Notes: a model not told the origin generated them from the sequence alone. A stretch of 28,813 bases of DNA from Thermoproteota archaeon (GCA_029258835.1 JAPDJY010000052.1:1-28813), one strand, 5' to 3'; numbered from the stretch's first letter, positions 17,429-26,309 are shown. A program made the numbers and translations.

Positions 17429-20044
17429 TTACTTTACTTTACTGTATTGCCTCCTACCTTTTCTGGTTTTCCTGCTTTGGTAGGCTAAGACTATTATGCC
17501 TAGCATTAGTACCGCTACAGATACTATTATAGGAGAGCGCGTCCCCTTGATTATTACAATGGAGAAGTTTAATTGGGTTGGGTGTCGAGCTACGGTTATT
17601 GTTATCACGTCTGAAATGGCTGTTTTCCCATTTGAAGACGAAGCCGTTGCATAGATTTGGATAGCTGAGTCTTCAAGCATAGCCGTGTCTACTGAAAGCG
17701 TAACAGACGGAGCTGCCGTGCTGTTTTTCAGTATTTTCTGAGGTGTTATGGCAGTCACTGTAAGGTTTATAATATCGTAGGGGCTGTCAGCTGTAACCTG
17801 TATTTTGAGAAGAGACCCATGTTTAATCTTTTCAGGCGTTACAATGTTGAATGCTATTGGAGAGAGATCCTTTGCCAGCCACTCGCAAAGTGACTTAAAT
17901 AACTGGAGATTGCCTTCTTCGAAAACTGTTTTATTTTTCCATAGATCTAGGTCTGATATAAAAACTACTCTTCCACGCTCCCACGTTATGGATGAAGCTA
18001 TAGTGAATATGTCAGATGTACCGTTTAGGGTTGCCTGAACTTGTATTAGGGGGAAGCCTCCTTCTACTGTTCCAGCTCCTCTCACTAATACCTTTTTAAC
18101 TTTAAAGGTTTGCGGCGTTGGGGGGCAGGTTGCCACTATGTCTTGGCTTGGAGGTAAACCTGCTTTAAGGGGGCCGCCGGTGAATCGCACATTAAAAATT
18201 TGTGCTATCTTGTTTGCGTCATCCGCAAGGGTGCTATTCTCTTCCCCTATTATGAGGAGGCTGCCGCCGTTCCGGACGAAGCCCCGTATCGCTTCGATCT
18301 CCTTCTGGCTGTAGTCCTCTGAGGGATAATAAATGATTAGGATATCAACGTCTTTTAGAGTTTCATACGTAATTTGACTGTTAAGGACGTGAAAGAGGAA
18401 TAAGGATTGGGAAAGGGATGCTCTGAGAGAAGCGGTACTATTCCAGAAGCTCATGTACCTTGAGGAGCCCTTCTGATGATACTCGTCAACCAATATGTTG
18501 ATGGGGGTGCCTACCTCTAGCGACAACTGCGTAGGGAGGTAGCCTGCTTTCGTAATAGTTAGGGTGTAATTGCCACGTTCAGGGCAGGGAAAGCGTACTT
18601 CGCCTTCCTCGTCTGTAAGATAAACATGGTAGTAGTTTATCCCTTGGATTGCAGTAAGGGCGCTAGCAACAGGGTTTCCGTTTTCGTCAAGGACCCTTAG
18701 AGACGCAATCTTCCCAGGTGTAAGCCCTGTAGCACTCACTTGGAGAAATCTTGGTTCTCCAAGGTAGACGGAGAGCTCGGGGTCTCCCAAAAGGATGTAC
18801 TCTAAGAATTCCTGCCTGAACGTTGCGTTCCCTTCTATTAGGCCTCTATATGTCTCGTAGTATTCCTCCCTAGCTTTATAAAGGGCATATCCTGGACGGT
18901 GAGCGAAGGGTTCACTTGCTGTGAAGAAGTTTTTGAAGAACGTGAAGTCGAGGAATGTGTCTGATGCATCGCTTACAGAGTCGCCTCCAAAGCTCGTTCT
19001 AGTTGGTCCTACGACTGCGATGGCGCCTCCGGCAGGAGCCTTTAATAAGGATTCACCTACCGAGTCCCCCGGAGCATCCACCATAGCTCCCGAACAAGCT
19101 GAAATGTAAGCGAAGGGGAGGCGGGGGGCGTTAAGTAAGCTATCCGCTTTGGTGGAAGTATAGTAGGCAACCCCGTTCCGAGTTGTGAAGAGAGAAGTAC
19201 TACTACCGTGGGAGCAAAGGTTAAGTATGGCTACGCCCTCATTGACGCATTGTATGAAGGAAAACTCTGTGAGGTTAGCGATGTCCCTGCGTGAATCGTA
19301 GGCTAGGAGGTTAACCTTAGCCTGCGGGAAAACCTGGAGAATAGTGTGCTTAGCTCTCCATCCTTGAATGTCGCGTTGAGGGTCTATTTCTCCTCCTACT
19401 AGGAGTACGGTGTTCATCCATGGGCCGGCGTAGTCCTTGATGTGCTGCTCGTACATTAAAGTTTTGTTTATAATTATTTCTACCTCTGTTTTCGATGACG
19501 CCGGGATCCTGCCTACATACACTTCTGGAACCCAATCGATTTCACCGGGTTCACCGTAGCGACCGTCGCCGTCCTTATCGAAAGAACCGTTAAGAGCAGC
19601 ATAATAATAGTCTGAAGGAATAAGTGAGCTTCCAACAGTAAAGTATCTTATGGGGATCTTGTCAATGTCCCCCACAAGTAGAACCCACTGAATGCCTTCG
19701 GCATCGTACATAGCTTTGATGAAGTTACGTATTTTGGTGGCGTTATCCTCTCCACTAAAGTTAGCATATATGGATGTGACAGTGTACACCTTTGATGGGA
19801 TACCCTTTAAGGTCTTCCATCTAGCAAGAGGCATGACAGCGTCTGCCCAGCTAGGATCTCCTACTATGATAACATACTTTACACTGTTAACATGAAGGAG
19901 AACGGGAGTTATGGGCGGGGCTACATTTTCCTCCTGATGGAGGATGGGGGTGACCCATGGAGGAGGGGTAACGGCGGTTAGGGGGAAGAGTATTGCCGCC
20001 ACGAAAAAGATGATGAAAAAGCTCTTGAGGACATTTGACTTCAA
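17429..20044 (-). CDS. Membrane-anchored gingipain-like (peptidase C25) protease with GIFT/DUF4350-like domain
   Basis: N-terminal signal/TM segment; WVLLVGD, SDYYYA, VYVGRIP, catalytic SHGS and SAC, YILLGDP; ILVDEYH...FVRNGGSLLIIGE domain; C-terminal TM helix with basic tail. Confidence 0.85.
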   Translation of the reverse strand: MKSNVLKSFFIIFFVAAILFPLTAVTPPPWVTPILHQEENVAPPITPVLLHVNSVKYVIIVGDPSWADAVMPLARWKTLKGIPSKVYTVTSIYANFSGEDNATKIRNFIKAMYDAEGIQWVLLVGDIDKIPIRYFTVGSSLIPSDYYYAALNGSFDKDGDGRYGEPGEIDWVPEVYVGRIPASSKTEVEIIINKTLMYEQHIKDYAGPWMNTVLLVGGEIDPQRDIQGWRAKHTILQVFPQAKVNLLAYDSRRDIANLTEFSFIQCVNEGVAILNLCSHGSSTSLFTTRNGVAYYTSTKADSLLNAPRLPFAYISACSGAMVDAPGDSVGESLLKAPAGGAIAVVGPTRTSFGGDSVSDASDTFLDFTFFKNFFTASEPFAHRPGYALYKAREEYYETYRGLIEGNATFRQEFLEYILLGDPELSVYLGEPRFLQVSATGLTPGKIASLRVLDENGNPVASALTAIQGINYYHVYLTDEEGEVRFPCPERGNYTLTITKAGYLPTQLSLEVGTPINILVDEYHQKGSSRYMSFWNSTASLRASLSQSLFLFHVLNSQITYETLKDVDILIIYYPSEDYSQKEIEAIRGFVRNGGSLLIIGEENSTLADDANKIAQIFNVRFTGGPLKAGLPPSQDIVATCPPTPQTFKVKKVLVRGAGTVEGGFPLIQVQATLNGTSDIFTIASSITWERGRVVFISDLDLWKNKTVFEEGNLQLFKSLCEWLAKDLSPIAFNIVTPEKIKHGSLLKIQVTADSPYDIINLTVTAITPQKILKNSTAAPSVTLSVDTAMLEDSAIQIYATASSSNGKTAISDVITITVARHPTQLNFSIVIIKGTRSPIIVSVAVLMLGIIVLAYQSRKTRKGRRQYSKVK

Positions 20045-20120
20045 CGTCCCACCCTAACTTAAGTAAGGAGAACAACAGGTTGGAAAACACCAAGGGCACC
20101 TACCGGCGAGGGGGTCCTAC

Positions 20121-21233
20121 CTAGTATATGTCCTCTTCTAGCTTCTCTTCCTCCTTTGATATTAACTCTTTAACTGAAATTTTTTTCACAAGAAGTTTTT
20201 CCGTCACGTCTTCCACTTTAATTATGTATTCTCCGTTATTGTCGACCCGCGGAAATACGAAGACAAGACTTTCTAGGGGGAACCACAACTCCACGTTGGT
20301 GGACCAAGAATATGTCTCAAAAATGTCTTGTATGTGGCTTATCGTTATCTTGATGTTTTCAAGCCCCTTTTCCGACGTGTTCTTAACGGTTATCTTCAGC
20401 TTTTTCCCCTGCTCCACTAGCTCCACGCCTTCTAGCTCAACGGGGCTTTCATGCGTTAGCTCGACAGGCCTAGCTTCGATAATGCTCTTCTCAGAAAGAG
20501 GAATGCTTCTTATGGGTGCTTGCCCACTATAAAGGTGGCTGAGAAGGAAGTAAACGAGGCTCCTCTGCTTCTCAGCATCATATTGTAGTGCTTCAATCAC
20601 CCTCTGTGACACTTCAGGTATTGCAGATTCGCAAATGTCCTCTAACGTAGTTTCTATCTTAGAGCTTTCCTCAATTATTTTCCGGTCCTCTTCGCTTTTA
20701 ACCGGTTTAACCGCTATTTCCTCTCTCATTATGAGGATGTAAAGTTGGTCGGAAAGAGATTCTTGTATTTTCCTCCTCAGGATCCTGAGGAGTTCCTCCC
20801 CTAAAGGCTTTGCTATCGACACAGGTGTGCTCACGATGAGCACGAAAACTTCCTCTGTTTCCTCGGTCATGCCAGCCCTCTGTTTTCTCCTAGCAGACTT
20901 AGCTGCAAACTTCGTCGCAGAATACACTTTACCGCCAAACTCCAAGTCCACGTGGTCTACTTCTTCTTTAAACTCGTCGACGGCAAGCCACCAGACAGGG
21001 TGACGCTGAAGAATCCTTAAAATATTCTTATCGTTTTTAAGGTGGCTTGGAATGGTGAAAAGGACAAGGTGTCCCTTAATCTCGTGAAAACAGCAAAGGT
21101 ATATTTCGATGAACTCGGAGAAAAAGGATGCACGTGTATCCGTGACAGCCTCAATAGCACCATCCTTTTTCTCCGCGAAAAACGGCTTAAAGCCGCTTTC
21201 ACTTGACTTGTCTAAATGCTTCTGCTCAGCCAT
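20121..21233 (-). CDS. Longin/uDENN-like protein (folliculin/NPRL2-like N-terminus) with the shared C-terminal domain
   Basis: IYLCCFHEIKGHLVLFTIP resembles the first hairpin of the FLCN/NPRL2 longin domains. Arg-rich loop KSARRKQRAG precedes the VFVLIV strand and a helix. Confidence 0.6.
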   Translation of the reverse strand: MAEQKHLDKSSESGFKPFFAEKKDGAIEAVTDTRASFFSEFIEIYLCCFHEIKGHLVLFTIPSHLKNDKNILRILQRHPVWWLAVDEFKEEVDHVDLEFGGKVYSATKFAAKSARRKQRAGMTEETEEVFVLIVSTPVSIAKPLGEELLRILRRKIQESLSDQLYILIMREEIAVKPVKSEEDRKIIEESSKIETTLEDICESAIPEVSQRVIEALQYDAEKQRSLVYFLLSHLYSGQAPIRSIPLSEKSIIEARPVELTHESPVELEGVELVEQGKKLKITVKNTSEKGLENIKITISHIQDIFETYSWSTNVELWFPLESLVFVFPRVDNNGEYIIKVEDVTEKLLVKKISVKELISKEEEKLEEDIY

Positions 21234-21252
21234 CCTTCAACCCTCAGAAAAC

Positions 21253-21729
21253 CTAGTAGGTTTCACTCCTGGCCTCCGGGGAAACAGGTCTAAGCTCAAT
21301 GTTGTAATAACGTGCATATCTTCTGAAACCATCGATCCACTTCTTACTTATCACACCGACGAGCTTACCGCTCTTATCGACAACCCCGACTCGTTTTATC
21401 TTAGTCTTCTCGAAAAGCCCCTTGATCTCGTCTATCGAGGCATCCGCATTCACCGTAAGTATATCACGGAACATGATGTCCTTCGCCTTGTACTGGCGGG
21501 GGTCCTCCTCTTTAGCGATAAGCCTGAAAATAGCACCATCAGTTATTATCCCTACAACTTTGTCATCATCGTTAACGACGAAGACGCTGCTCACCCAGTT
21601 ATCAACCATAAGCTGAGCGACACGGGGAATAGGGTCGTCTTCTCTGCACGTGACGATATCTCGCATCGCAATGTCCAAAATGGAAAAGCCACGCTTTTGC
21701 GATCGCAACGCTAGCACCCAAAAAATCAT
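21253..21729 (-). CDS. CBS-domain pair protein
   Basis: SSVFVVNDDDKVVGIITDG and RVGVVDKSGKLVGVISK. Start trimmed from 21888, which overlaps the divergent gene and AT-rich promoter DNA. Confidence 0.85.
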   Translation of the reverse strand: MIFWVLALRSQKRGFSILDIAMRDIVTCREDDPIPRVAQLMVDNWVSSVFVVNDDDKVVGIITDGAIFRLIAKEEDPRQYKAKDIMFRDILTVNADASIDEIKGLFEKTKIKRVGVVDKSGKLVGVISKKWIDGFRRYARYYNIELRPVSPEARSETY

Positions 21730-21844
21730 TAATACCACGCTGAATATAACATTTATGTAAAAAAGAGAAAGTTCGTCAAAAAAGAAACAGAAATTAAGGG
21801 GAAGCACCAACTTATAGAGAGATAGTGATAAAAGAAGAGGGAGC

Positions 21845-24226
21845 GTGAGGGAGATAGAACAGATTTGGTCCCCATCAGAGAGGCTCACCGAGAGGATTAG
21901 AAAACTTAGAGAAGAATACTTCTCGTTTGAAAAAAGGGAATACTTTAGAAACGAGGTAATTCCCTATACTACAGGCACTCCATGGGATGAAGTTTTCTCA
22001 TACCATGACTGGGGGGTAGCTCCCGAGGTATTCCCATTCCTCCCAGCTATGAGAGATTCCTTGAAGGCTTTAGCGCAGAAGGTGGAGTTACCTGAAGGTT
22101 TTTGGAGAAAGAGCCTCCCGGTTAGAAGAGCGATCTTCTTCAAAAAAGTGATCGAGGAATACCTCCCAGTAAAAATCCTTGATGGGGAACTCATAGTGGG
22201 GTCGCACTTCAACACGGCCCTCTCCAAATGCTTCACTAAGAAAGAAGCAAAGAAATGGCGTAAAAGAGAGGAGAAGTGGTTCAAGAAAATGGTTGAGCTG
22301 TCGGACTTAGGCGTCATGAATTGTGGAGCGATACCAGGCCACATAATACCAAACTACAAGAAAGTTCTAGAAAAGGGGTTCAAAGGAATAAAAGAAGAAC
22401 TCGAAGAATGGCTGGAAAAACATACAGATAAAGCCAAAAGGGACTATGTCAAAGCAATGATAATAGCAGTAGAAGCGGTGAAGAGGTTCGCGGAAAGGTA
22501 TGCTGAGGAAGCGGAGGCACTCGCCCAAAAGGAAAAAGACGAGGAAAGGCGAAGAGAACTCTTAGAAATAGCAAGAATATGCAGAAAGGTTCCATGGGAA
22601 CCGGCTGAAACATTCTGGGAAGCCTTACAATCTGTCTGGTTCACTCACATGCTCGTAATGGCAGCTGAAAGCTACCCTGGCCCAGGACTATCCCATGGAA
22701 GATTCGACCAGTACATGTACCCATATTACAAAAAAGACGTAGAGGAGGGAAGGCTCACAAGAGAGAAGGCAAAAGAACTCCTACAATGCTTCTGGATAAA
22801 ACACAACTATGCCTACGACTACATGGGAAAAATAGGGAACCAAGGCATCAACTCAGGCTTCGGCCAGCTAATAACCCTAGCGGGGATGAAAAAAGACAAA
22901 AACGACGCAGTAAATGAGTTAACATGGCTGATTCTAGAAGTAGCCGAAGAAATAAACATGCTCGAGCCTAAACTTAATGTAAGGATACATAAAAACATAC
23001 CTAGGCCATTTCTCCTAAAAGTATGTGAAATATTAACGAAAACCCAAGGGTCACCATTCCTCATAAACTTCGATGAACAAGCAATAAAAGGGCTGCTCTG
23101 GGAGGGACTACCCGAGGAGGAAGCCATAGATTACGGAGTCGTCGGATGCCTCGAAAACACCGCACAAGGAAAAGACAGGTCAGGCACCGTTGACGTCAAC
23201 ATAAACCTAGCAAAACCAATAGAGTTAGCACTAAACAGAGGATGCGACATGCAAACAGGAAAACGAATAGGTGTGAAAACCAAAGATCCTACAAAGTTCA
23301 AAAGCTATGAGGAATTTGAGCAAGCATACTTCACCCAGCTAAAAAAATGCATAGAAAAAACGTTAAAACTGGCATCTGAAGCAGACGCCATAAGAAGTAA
23401 GTGGGAACCTGTTCCCTACCTCTCAGCATTAGTAGACGGATGTGCTGAAAAAGGAATGGACGTAAGGCAAGGGGGAGCAAAATATAACTTCATCACGGTA
23501 GAAGGAGTCGCGCTCGCGACAGCAGCCGACAGCCTAGCAGCCATCAAAAAACTGGTCTTCGAAGAAAAAGAAATTACAATGAAACAGTTACTCCAAGCAA
23601 TAAAAGATAACTATCAAGGACATGAAGAGATACAAAGAAGGCTGCTTTTCAAAGCACCTAAATTTGGCAACGACGATGACTACGTAGACCAAATAGCAAG
23701 GAAAATATCAAGATACTGGACTCAAGAAGTGTTTAAATACACATCCCCAGCTACAGGGAGACGATACCGTGGAGGCTATCTCTCGTGGAATTACTACATT
23801 GACTTCGCACCGAAGACCGCGGCTACTCCTGATGGGCGTCCCAGGGGCAGGTTTCTTTCGAATGGTGTTCAGCCTGTTCAGGGTATGGATAGGAAGGGGC
23901 CTACTGCAGTTATCCGTTCGGTGGGTAAGCTTGGGTTGGAGACTGCACCTAATGGAGCGTCTCAGGTGATTACTTTGAGTCCTTCAACAGTTAGGGATGT
24001 AGAACACTTGGAAAAGTTGGCGGGGCTGCTGCTGGCGTGCTGCGATATAGGGGGTACTAGTTTGCAGGTTAACATGATTGACCCGGAGATTCTGAGAGAA
24101 GCCCAGAAAAAGCCTGAGGAGTACAGGAACCTTCTTGTGAGAGTTACAGGGTATAATGCGTACTTTGTTACTTTGGGTAAGGAGCAACAGGAGGAGATTA
24201 TTGCAAGAGCTTGCCACGGGATCTGA
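21845..24226 (+). CDS. Glycyl radical enzyme (PFL2/dehydratase-like), substrate unknown
   Basis: Cys loop VVGCLE, Gly loop LLVRVTGYNAYF, GRFDQY, APKFGNDDDYVD, ATPDGR. Confidence 0.93.
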   Translation: MREIEQIWSPSERLTERIRKLREEYFSFEKREYFRNEVIPYTTGTPWDEVFSYHDWGVAPEVFPFLPAMRDSLKALAQKVELPEGFWRKSLPVRRAIFFKKVIEEYLPVKILDGELIVGSHFNTALSKCFTKKEAKKWRKREEKWFKKMVELSDLGVMNCGAIPGHIIPNYKKVLEKGFKGIKEELEEWLEKHTDKAKRDYVKAMIIAVEAVKRFAERYAEEAEALAQKEKDEERRRELLEIARICRKVPWEPAETFWEALQSVWFTHMLVMAAESYPGPGLSHGRFDQYMYPYYKKDVEEGRLTREKAKELLQCFWIKHNYAYDYMGKIGNQGINSGFGQLITLAGMKKDKNDAVNELTWLILEVAEEINMLEPKLNVRIHKNIPRPFLLKVCEILTKTQGSPFLINFDEQAIKGLLWEGLPEEEAIDYGVVGCLENTAQGKDRSGTVDVNINLAKPIELALNRGCDMQTGKRIGVKTKDPTKFKSYEEFEQAYFTQLKKCIEKTLKLASEADAIRSKWEPVPYLSALVDGCAEKGMDVRQGGAKYNFITVEGVALATAADSLAAIKKLVFEEKEITMKQLLQAIKDNYQGHEEIQRRLLFKAPKFGNDDDYVDQIARKISRYWTQEVFKYTSPATGRRYRGGYLSWNYYIDFAPKTAATPDGRPRGRFLSNGVQPVQGMDRKGPTAVIRSVGKLGLETAPNGASQVITLSPSTVRDVEHLEKLAGLLLACCDIGGTSLQVNMIDPEILREAQKKPEEYRNLLVRVTGYNAYFVTLGKEQQEEIIARACHGI

Positions 24227-25164
24227 TGGAAGTGGATTCGAGAGCTATTATTTTTAACATTCAAAGGTTTTCCACCGAGGATGGTCCAGGAATTAGGACG
24301 ACTGTTTTTATGAAAGGATGTCCTTTGCAATGTGTTTGGTGTCAAAATCCTGAGGGAATTAATCCGAGGCCAGAGCTCGTGTGGTATGATGTAAGGTGTA
24401 TGGGTGTTAGAGCTTGCATTAAGGCTTGTAATGTTAGAGCGCTTGAACTTAGGAGAGATGGGTTGCATATTGATAGAGAGCGGTGTACCGTGTGTGGATT
24501 GTGCGTTAAGGCTTGTCCTACGGGGGCATTAGAGGTTATAGGGGTGGAGTATGGTGTTGAAGGGTTAGTGGAGGAGGTTTTGCGGGACAGGGTGTTCTAT
24601 GATTCTTCAGATGGCGGTGTCACCTTTTCTGGGGGTGAGCCCATGTTACAGGCTAAATTTTTAATGAAGGTACTTCCTTCCCTTAAGGATTATGGAGTGC
24701 ACATTGCGTTGGATACTAGTGGTTTTGCGCCTTGGAAGAGGTTTAGGGAAGTTTTGAGGTATGTGGATTTAGTGTTGTATGATCTTAAGGTGATGGATCC
24801 AGCGAAGCACCGGGAGTTTACGGGAGTTGATCCAAGTTTGATATGGGATAATGCTGTTAAGATCGCTGAAGAGGGTGTTCATATGTGGGTTAGGACTCCT
24901 ATTATTCCCGGGTTTACTAGTGATGAGGAGAATGTTAGGGCTGCTGCGAGGTTTATCGTAGAGAAGCTGCCAACTGTTGAGCGTTATGATTTGCTTGCTT
25001 TTAATAATCTTTGTATTTCTAAATATCGGCGTCTTGGCATGAGGTTTCCTTTGGAGGGGGTGAGGCTAATGAGGAGAGACGAAATGGAGGAGCTTGTCAG
25101 GGTGGCTGAAGAGGAGGGAGTAAGTAATGTTGTCTGGAGTGGTATGGTTAAGAGGGAGGTGTGA
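24226..25164 (+). CDS. Glycyl-radical activating enzyme (radical SAM, with ferredoxin insert)
   Basis: DGPGIRTTVFMKGCPLQCVWCQNPE, inserted Cys motifs (CMGVRACIKAC, CTVCGLCVKACP), GGVTFSGGEP. ATG overlaps the GRE stop (TGATG). Confidence 0.93.
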   Translation: MEVDSRAIIFNIQRFSTEDGPGIRTTVFMKGCPLQCVWCQNPEGINPRPELVWYDVRCMGVRACIKACNVRALELRRDGLHIDRERCTVCGLCVKACPTGALEVIGVEYGVEGLVEEVLRDRVFYDSSDGGVTFSGGEPMLQAKFLMKVLPSLKDYGVHIALDTSGFAPWKRFREVLRYVDLVLYDLKVMDPAKHREFTGVDPSLIWDNAVKIAEEGVHMWVRTPIIPGFTSDEENVRAAARFIVEKLPTVERYDLLAFNNLCISKYRRLGMRFPLEGVRLMRRDEMEELVRVAEEEGVSNVVWSGMVKREV

Positions 25165-25967
25165 TCGTGGTTCTTACTTCAGATGCTGTCGAGGCGTTTA
25201 ACTTAGAGTTGGCTGGAAAGTTTCTGGCTACGATAGGGCTGGATGGAAGGCCAAACGTTGTTCCGGTTATTTCCATCAGGGCGTTTGACGAGGAAACTTT
25301 AGTTTTTGGAGAGTTTATGATGGTGAAGACGAAGAGGAACTTGGTGGATGGGTGCGCTGTCTGCACATGTGTTATAACAGAGAGACTTGACAACTATGTT
25401 GTTAGAGGAGTCTTTGAGGGATTTGAGAGAAGAGGCAAGTATTACGACTTCATATCAGAGATCCCGTTGTTCAGGTATAATGCGTATACTGGTGCTAGGT
25501 CGGCAGGTGTGATCAGAGTTGAAGAAGTATGGCAGGTTAAGAGGGCAAAATCGAGGATTAATATTTTAGCTGACACCTTAACAGTTATGTCGGTGTCTGG
25601 TGGAGGAAGTGGAGGGGTGATACCCCCTAACGTTGCTGAAAAGTTTAACAGGATTAACGCAGTTAAGGTTATCGCTAAGGTTGAAGGGGATAAGCCGCTT
25701 ATTATACCTGCTCTTTCGCTGAGGGCTATGAGCCAGTCGAGGCTAGGGTTTGGCATACGATCGATGGAGGCTGAAAGGCTAAATGAAGGCGACGTAGTGG
25801 CGACAGCTGTTCTCACAATGGATGCGATAGCATACCAAGTTAAAGGCAAATACATCGGAATGAAGAGGGGACTTTTGGGTAAAATAGGGGTGATAGAGGC
25901 TGAAGAAACGTACACTTTGACACCGCCAAGACCAGGGGAGAAGATAACTTCAATAAGAGAGAGTTAA
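25161..25967 (+). CDS. Tandem pyridoxamine-5'-phosphate-oxidase-like (FMN split-barrel) domain protein
   Basis: KFLATIGLDGRPNVVPV..KTKRNL; second repeat ending AYQVKGKY..EETYTLTPPRPGEKI. Start overlaps the activase stop. Confidence 0.7.
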   Translation: MIVVLTSDAVEAFNLELAGKFLATIGLDGRPNVVPVISIRAFDEETLVFGEFMMVKTKRNLVDGCAVCTCVITERLDNYVVRGVFEGFERRGKYYDFISEIPLFRYNAYTGARSAGVIRVEEVWQVKRAKSRINILADTLTVMSVSGGGSGGVIPPNVAEKFNRINAVKVIAKVEGDKPLIIPALSLRAMSQSRLGFGIRSMEAERLNEGDVVATAVLTMDAIAYQVKGKYIGMKRGLLGKIGVIEAEETYTLTPPRPGEKITSIRES

Positions 25968-26053
25968 GGAGGAAGCGACTGGAAGAGCTTTTAGAAGAAT
26001 TTAGAAAACGGACAAGATGAAATAGTGATGTGGAATAGAAGAAGTAGAGGCTG

Positions 26054-26186
26054 TGGTGCCGCGCCCGGGATTTGAACTCCCGGGTCAGCGATCCTCCCGG
26101 GTCAAGGGGTCGAGTGGGCAGGCATATGCCTTGAGCCCCTTATGCTTGGCCGTTGCAGCCTTTATGGGTGGCTACACCAGCGCGGC
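26054..26186 (-). tRNA. trnE: tRNA-Glu(CUC) with three BHB introns (26153-26169 at 17/17a; 26114-26132 at 34/35; 26077-26095 at 53/54); CCA encoded
   Basis: Spliced 78 nt: GCCGCGC TG GTGT AGCCCGGCCAA GCAT A AGGGG CTCTCGA CCCCT TGAC CCGGG TTCAAAT CCCGG GCGCGGC A CCA. Central helices GTAG/CTGC, GGGC/GCCC, CCCG/CGGG. Confidence 0.92.
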
Positions 26187-26309
26187 ACCTAAGTAATTTC
26201 TCGGTAGAGAAATGTTTTTTAATGTTTCGCCGTTGACCTCTAACCTACAATTTACAAACTTTGGTTTTCCCATCTGTAGCACGTTTCTTTGGAGAGTTGG
26301 TGAAGTGAA

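Noticed and set aside
21730-21888. N-terminal 53 aa of the CBS ORF
   Set aside because: Overlaps the divergent GRE start and AT-rich intergenic DNA.
21845-24226. Canonical pyruvate formate-lyase or anaerobic ribonucleotide reductase
   Set aside because: Lacks the PFL Cys-Cys pair and NrdD features; the activase has the ferredoxin insert typical of non-PFL GREs.
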